Positions 6,765 through 10,389 of a stretch of 10,389 bases of DNA are shown here, one piece after another. Each line of letters opens with the position of its first letter. The stretch's first letter is position 1. This stretch comes from a virus (taxonomy: Duplodnaviria; Heunggongvirae; Uroviricota; Caudoviricetes). The stretch lies in IMG/VR virus record IMGVR_UViG_2636415610_000011; one strand, 5' to 3'. The translations under genes were made by a program, and so were the position numbers. The notes under the pieces were generated by a model, which worked only from the letters and a program-made list of their open reading frames with translations, searched no databases and was not told the origin of the DNA.

Positions 6765-7128
6765 AAATGCAGAAATGGCGCTTAGCTCCGCAATCGGAGA
6801 GCAGGTGGCAAAGATTGCTGGTGCTGTGTGGATTCATAACCTTCATTCTACTGGTGAAGAGAAAATGGCAATTCAGACGCCAGAGGGACGCACCATTACT
6901 ACATCTCTGAAGCCGTCAGATGTTTGTGATCTGATTTGCGCATTCATGTACCCAGCAATGAGGACTGTCCACAGCGATAAGTGGAAACTTGCGACAACCG
7001 CTGAATTTGATATGTGGCTAAACAATGATGGCATGCTGACTGATTACGGAATAACCAAGTGGCAGATGCTGGTTAGCCATATCGCAAACGCTATAGACCA
7101 CGTGGGGTACGGTGATGCGAAACATTGA
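6757..7128 (+). CDS. Hypothetical protein (123 aa), immediately upstream of and coupled to the primase-helicase
   Basis: ATG 6757 overlaps the upstream stop by 8 nt; its own stop (7126-7128) overlaps the primase start. Confidence 0.75.
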   Translation: MRENAEMALSSAIGEQVAKIAGAVWIHNLHSTGEEKMAIQTPEGRTITTSLKPSDVCDLICAFMYPAMRTVHSDKWKLATTAEFDMWLNNDGMLTDYGITKWQMLVSHIANAIDHVGYGDAKH

Positions 7129-9871
7129 TCTTATCCGTCAGGTTATCAGTGCGTCTGAAAACAACTGGCCTCATGTGCTGGGCTGCCTGAACATAAATGT
7201 CCCTGACTCTCCGCGCCGTCATGCTCCCTGCCCTGCATGTGGGGGCAAAGATCGATTCCGGTTCGATGACAACGGGCGCGGTAGCTTCATCTGTAATCAG
7301 TGCGGCGCTGGTGATGGGCTGGATTTAATTAAACGCGTAAATAACTGCGACACAACAGAGGCGGCGCTTCTTGCCGCTGATGTTCTGGGTATTGATTACC
7401 GGACAACGGAAACACCAGAAGCCACCAGCCAGAAACGGGAACAACTGGAAACCGAGCGCCAGCGACGCGAACAGGAGCGCCTGAAAAGGGCAGAGAAGGA
7501 CGAACAACAAAGACGGGATACGTTTTCCCGTCAGTTTGATGACATGCGCAGAAAGGCTGTAAACGGCAAATCTGATTATCTGGTTGCGAAAGGGGTAGGT
7601 GATTTTACATTCCCCGTGTTGCCCGATGGATCTCTGTTGCTGGCGCTGGTGGATAAATCCGGCGCAGTCACAGCAGCACAGACTATTACCTCACATGGTG
7701 AAAAAAGACTCCTGAGAGGTTCAGCAAAGCGGGGGGCATATCACGCCATAAACGCGCCAGAAACAACACAGAGCATCTTAATTACAGAAGGGCTGGCAAC
7801 GGCATTATCTGCCCATTTAATTCGTCCAGAGGCGCTGACAGTGGCGGCGATTGATGCCGGGAACCTGTTATATGTCGCCCAGGTACTGCGGGATAAATTT
7901 CCTTCAGCACAAATCATCATTGCTGCGGATAACGACCACAGCGAAGGAAGACAAAACACGGGGAGAATAGCAGCAGAAAAAGCAGCTTTATCTGTTTCTG
8001 GATGGGTGGCATTACCCCCGACAGATCACAAAGCAGACTGGAATGATTACCACCAAAAACACGGCATTAAATGCGCCACAGAAGCGTTCAATAAGTCAAT
8101 GTACCAACCACAGGGTAATGGCGTGAAACAGGAGCCACAGACCATTGAGGGAAGCGATTTTAAGGTTATGGATACCGACCCACTGAAACCAAGAATAGAA
8201 AGCCGCGAGGATGGTATTTATTGGGTATCTCCGAGAGCTGACAGCCAGAGTGGAGAAATCATCAATAACGAAAGCTGGTTATGTTCTCCGTTAAGCGTTA
8301 TCGGTACTGGCAGAGACGATAAAGACCAGTATCTCATTCTTCGCTGGCTGTCGTTTGGTTCTGAAACGCCGACAACCGCTGCCATTCCACTGGCTGATAT
8401 TGGTGAACGTGAAGGATGGCGCACACTTAAAGCTGGTGGGGTAAATGTCACGACCAAAAGCAGCCTCAGAGCAATACTGGCAGACTGGCTACAACGCAGT
8501 GGCTCTCGTGAATTGTGGCGTGTTGCTCATGCCACTGGCTGGCAATGCGGAGCGTACATCATGCCTGATGGGGAAATCATCGGAACACCTGAAAATCCTG
8601 TGCTGTTCAGCGGGAGAAGCTCAGCCGCAGCCGGATATACCGTCTCAGGGAGCGCGAAAAGCTGGCGTGATAACGTGGCGCGTCTGGCCTTTGGTAACTA
8701 TTCAATGATGACCGGGATCGGCGCAGCACTGGCAGCGCCATTGATTGGGCTGGTGGGCGCTGACGGGTTCGGCATTCATTTCTATGAGCAGTCGAGCGCA
8801 GGTAAGACCACCACGGCAAACGTGGCGAGCAGCTTATACGGCAACCCTGATTTACTGCGGCTGACGTGGTACGGAACCGCGCTGGGGCTGGCAAATGAGG
8901 CCGCCGCCCACAATGACGGACTAATGCCGCTTGATGAAGTTGGTCAGGGCGCTGATCCTGTCAGCGTTTCACAGTCTGCCTATGCGTTATTTAACGGTGT
9001 AGGGAAACTGCAAGGCGCTAAAGATGGTGGAAACCGGGATCTAAAACGCTGGCGTACAGTGGCAATCAGCACCGGAGAAATGGATTTAGAAACATTTATC
9101 GCTACTTCCGGGCGAAAAACCAAAGCCGGGCAACTGGTGCGACTGCTGAATATTCCGTTGAGTAAAGCAGTACGCTTTCACGATTACCAGAACGGAAAAC
9201 AGCACGCAGACGCACTGAAAGACGCTTACCAGCATCACCACGGCGCGTCCGGGCGTGAGTGGATTAAATGGCTGGCAGACCACCAGCAACAGGCTATTAA
9301 AACCGTTCGTGACTGCGAAAGCAGATGGAGAAGCCTGATCCCATCCGATTATGGTGAGCAGGTTCACCGTGTAGCCGCGCGATTTGCCATTCTGGAGGCC
9401 GCATTGTTGTTAGGCGAGGTTGTAACAGGCTGGGATGCTCAGACATGCCGTGATGCGATACAGCACAGCTATAACGCATGGTTGCGCGAGTTCGGCACAG
9501 GTAACAAAGAGCATCAGCAGATTATTGAACAAACGGAGGCATTTCTTAATGCCTATGGGCTTAGCCGTTTTGCACCATTTCCATACAGCCCGGCAGATTT
9601 GCCCATCAAAGATTTAGCCGGATACCGTCAGCGTGGAGAACATGACGAAAGCCCAATGATTTTCTACACATTCCCGGCCACATTTGAAAAGGAGATCGCA
9701 TGTGGTTTCAACGCAAAACAGTTTGCTGAAGTGTTGAAAAAAGCCGGGATGCTAACCCCACCAAACAGCGGTCGTGGATACCAAAGAAAATCACCACGTA
9801 TTCAGGGACGACAAATAAACGTTTATGTACTCAATTACCAGCCAGGAGATTATAACTCATCTGAAGAATGA
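7115..9871 (+). CDS. Primase-helicase of the phage P4 alpha type (N-terminal Zn-ribbon, Toprim primase core, C-terminal P-loop NTPase/helicase-like domain)
   Basis: About 918 aa. Zn-ribbon CPACGGKDRFRFDD...GSFICNQCG; Toprim signatures ITEGLATAL (conserved Glu) and IIIAADNDHSEG (DxD); Walker-A-like FYEQSSAGKTTTA in the C-terminal domain. ATG 7115 preferred; GTG 7112 (ORF-track start) is an alternative. Confidence 0.93.
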   Translation: MRNIDLIRQVISASENNWPHVLGCLNINVPDSPRRHAPCPACGGKDRFRFDDNGRGSFICNQCGAGDGLDLIKRVNNCDTTEAALLAADVLGIDYRTTETPEATSQKREQLETERQRREQERLKRAEKDEQQRRDTFSRQFDDMRRKAVNGKSDYLVAKGVGDFTFPVLPDGSLLLALVDKSGAVTAAQTITSHGEKRLLRGSAKRGAYHAINAPETTQSILITEGLATALSAHLIRPEALTVAAIDAGNLLYVAQVLRDKFPSAQIIIAADNDHSEGRQNTGRIAAEKAALSVSGWVALPPTDHKADWNDYHQKHGIKCATEAFNKSMYQPQGNGVKQEPQTIEGSDFKVMDTDPLKPRIESREDGIYWVSPRADSQSGEIINNESWLCSPLSVIGTGRDDKDQYLILRWLSFGSETPTTAAIPLADIGEREGWRTLKAGGVNVTTKSSLRAILADWLQRSGSRELWRVAHATGWQCGAYIMPDGEIIGTPENPVLFSGRSSAAAGYTVSGSAKSWRDNVARLAFGNYSMMTGIGAALAAPLIGLVGADGFGIHFYEQSSAGKTTTANVASSLYGNPDLLRLTWYGTALGLANEAAAHNDGLMPLDEVGQGADPVSVSQSAYALFNGVGKLQGAKDGGNRDLKRWRTVAISTGEMDLETFIATSGRKTKAGQLVRLLNIPLSKAVRFHDYQNGKQHADALKDAYQHHHGASGREWIKWLADHQQQAIKTVRDCESRWRSLIPSDYGEQVHRVAARFAILEAALLLGEVVTGWDAQTCRDAIQHSYNAWLREFGTGNKEHQQIIEQTEAFLNAYGLSRFAPFPYSPADLPIKDLAGYRQRGEHDESPMIFYTFPATFEKEIACGFNAKQFAEVLKKAGMLTPPNSGRGYQRKSPRIQGRQINVYVLNYQPGDYNSSEE

Positions 9872-9896
9872 GCTTCTTCATGTGCGTAGAAAAGGT

Positions 9897-10007
9897 GTTG
9901 GTTCAGTTGGTTCAGTTGGTTCAATTTGTAAAGAGTATTGTTTTATAAGGATTTTATTCTTTTTATTGAACCAACACTGAACCAACAACACGGTATTTTG
10001 AACCAAC
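9897..10007. repeat. Iteron array: putative replication origin of the island
   Basis: Three perfect tandem GTTGGTTCA (9897-9905, 9906-9914, 9915-9923), then a 43-bp strongly AT-rich tract (9924-9966), then three inverted copies TGAACCAAC (9967-9975, 9978-9986, 9999-10007) spaced 11 and 21 bp (helical phasing). Lies 26 bp downstream of the primase-helicase stop. Confidence 0.6.
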
Positions 10008-10098
10008 ACAATGTGACTGAATTGATGCGCACAACACCTGGCTGGCATCAGAGAGTGTTTTACGAGACTTTCGTAAAATCCTGTGTACAAGGGCGTGA

Positions 10099-10389
10099 TG
10101 AACCGCCCCGGGTTTCCTGGAGAGTGTTTTATCTGTGAACTCAGGCTGCCAGATCATCGTTTCCGATGGAAGCATAATAAGCTTTTTCTGCTTCTGCCGG
10201 TGGGATATGGCCCAGCCTTTCCAGCAATCGTCGATTGTTATACCAGTCCACCCACGTGAGTGTGGCCAGCTCCACTTCTGTCCGGTTTTTCCAGCTCTTA
10301 CGGTGTATTACCTCCGCTTTGTAAAGGCCATTGATGCTCTCCGCCATCGCGTTGTCATACGAGTCACCAGTACTTCCTGTTGATGCCAG
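10099..10389 (-). mobile_element. IS3-family insertion sequence terminus (IS629/IS1203-like), partial, continues beyond the window
   Basis: Terminal sequence TGAACCGCCCCGGG... begins at 10099 (5'-TG end typical of IS3 family) and precedes the 3' end of an rve-type transposase on the - strand. Assignment to IS629 is from memory of its terminal sequence, not a search. Confidence 0.8.
10141..10389 (-). CDS. IS3-family transposase (OrfB, DDE/rve integrase core), C-terminal fragment; 5' end outside window
   Basis: Reverse-strand translation ...LASTGSTGDSYDNAMAESINGLYKAEVIHRKSWKNRTEVELATLTWVDWYNNRRLLERLGHIPPAEAEKAYY... contains the conserved rve C-terminal motif (DSYDNAMAES). Stop at 10141-10143; the frame is open to the window edge. 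Confidence 0.85.
   Translation of the reverse strand: MASTGSTGDSYDNAMAESINGLYKAEVIHRKSWKNRTEVELATLTWVDWYNNRRLLERLGHIPPAEAEKAYYASIGNDDLAA

Noticed and set aside
7325-9479. Several - strand ORFs of 60-95 aa and one + alternate-frame ORF inside the primase-helicase gene
   Set aside because: All nested within a 2.7-kb gene with multiple recognisable domains; shadow ORFs.
9897-10007. Possible CRISPR array (short direct repeats)
   Set aside because: The repeats are 9 bp, directly abutting with no spacers, and paired with inverted copies across an AT-rich tract; this is origin-iteron architecture, not CRISPR.
9878-10175. ORFs 9878-10090 (-), 9938-10138 (+) and 9963-10175 (-)
   Set aside because: They traverse the iteron/AT-rich origin and the IS terminal repeat, which are non-coding structural DNA; translations are low-complexity and lack RBSs.
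10135-10383. + strand 82-aa ORF
   Set aside because: Antisense to the IS3-family transposase, whose conserved rve motif identifies the true coding strand.

Overview
This window is the integrase-proximal ~10 kb of a phage-satellite-like integrative island, with every credible gene on the + strand. In order: a P4-type tyrosine integrase (1-1260); a lower-GC orphan cargo gene with its own terminator (1356-2321); AlpA (2436-2639); a 143-aa hypothetical and an AntA-type antirepressor-like protein; a long operon of small, translationally coupled ORFs (3909-7128); a P4-alpha-like Zn-ribbon/Toprim/P-loop primase-helicase (7115-9871); and an iteron-flanked AT-rich putative origin (9897-10007). At 10099 the island is interrupted by the terminus of an IS3-family element (IS629-like from memory) whose transposase gene runs off the window on the - strand. 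No rRNA, tRNA or CRISPR array was seen. The best candidate for an undescribed function is the orphan gene between int and alpA; I recognise no motif in it, so a defence role is inference from position only. Other points worth a second look: a 355-codon stop-free frame (4085-5152) that looks like three genes fused by loss of one stop codon, the unassigned small-gene operon upstream of the primase, and the origin architecture. All calls are by-eye readings of the sequence and ORF track; no database search was run.
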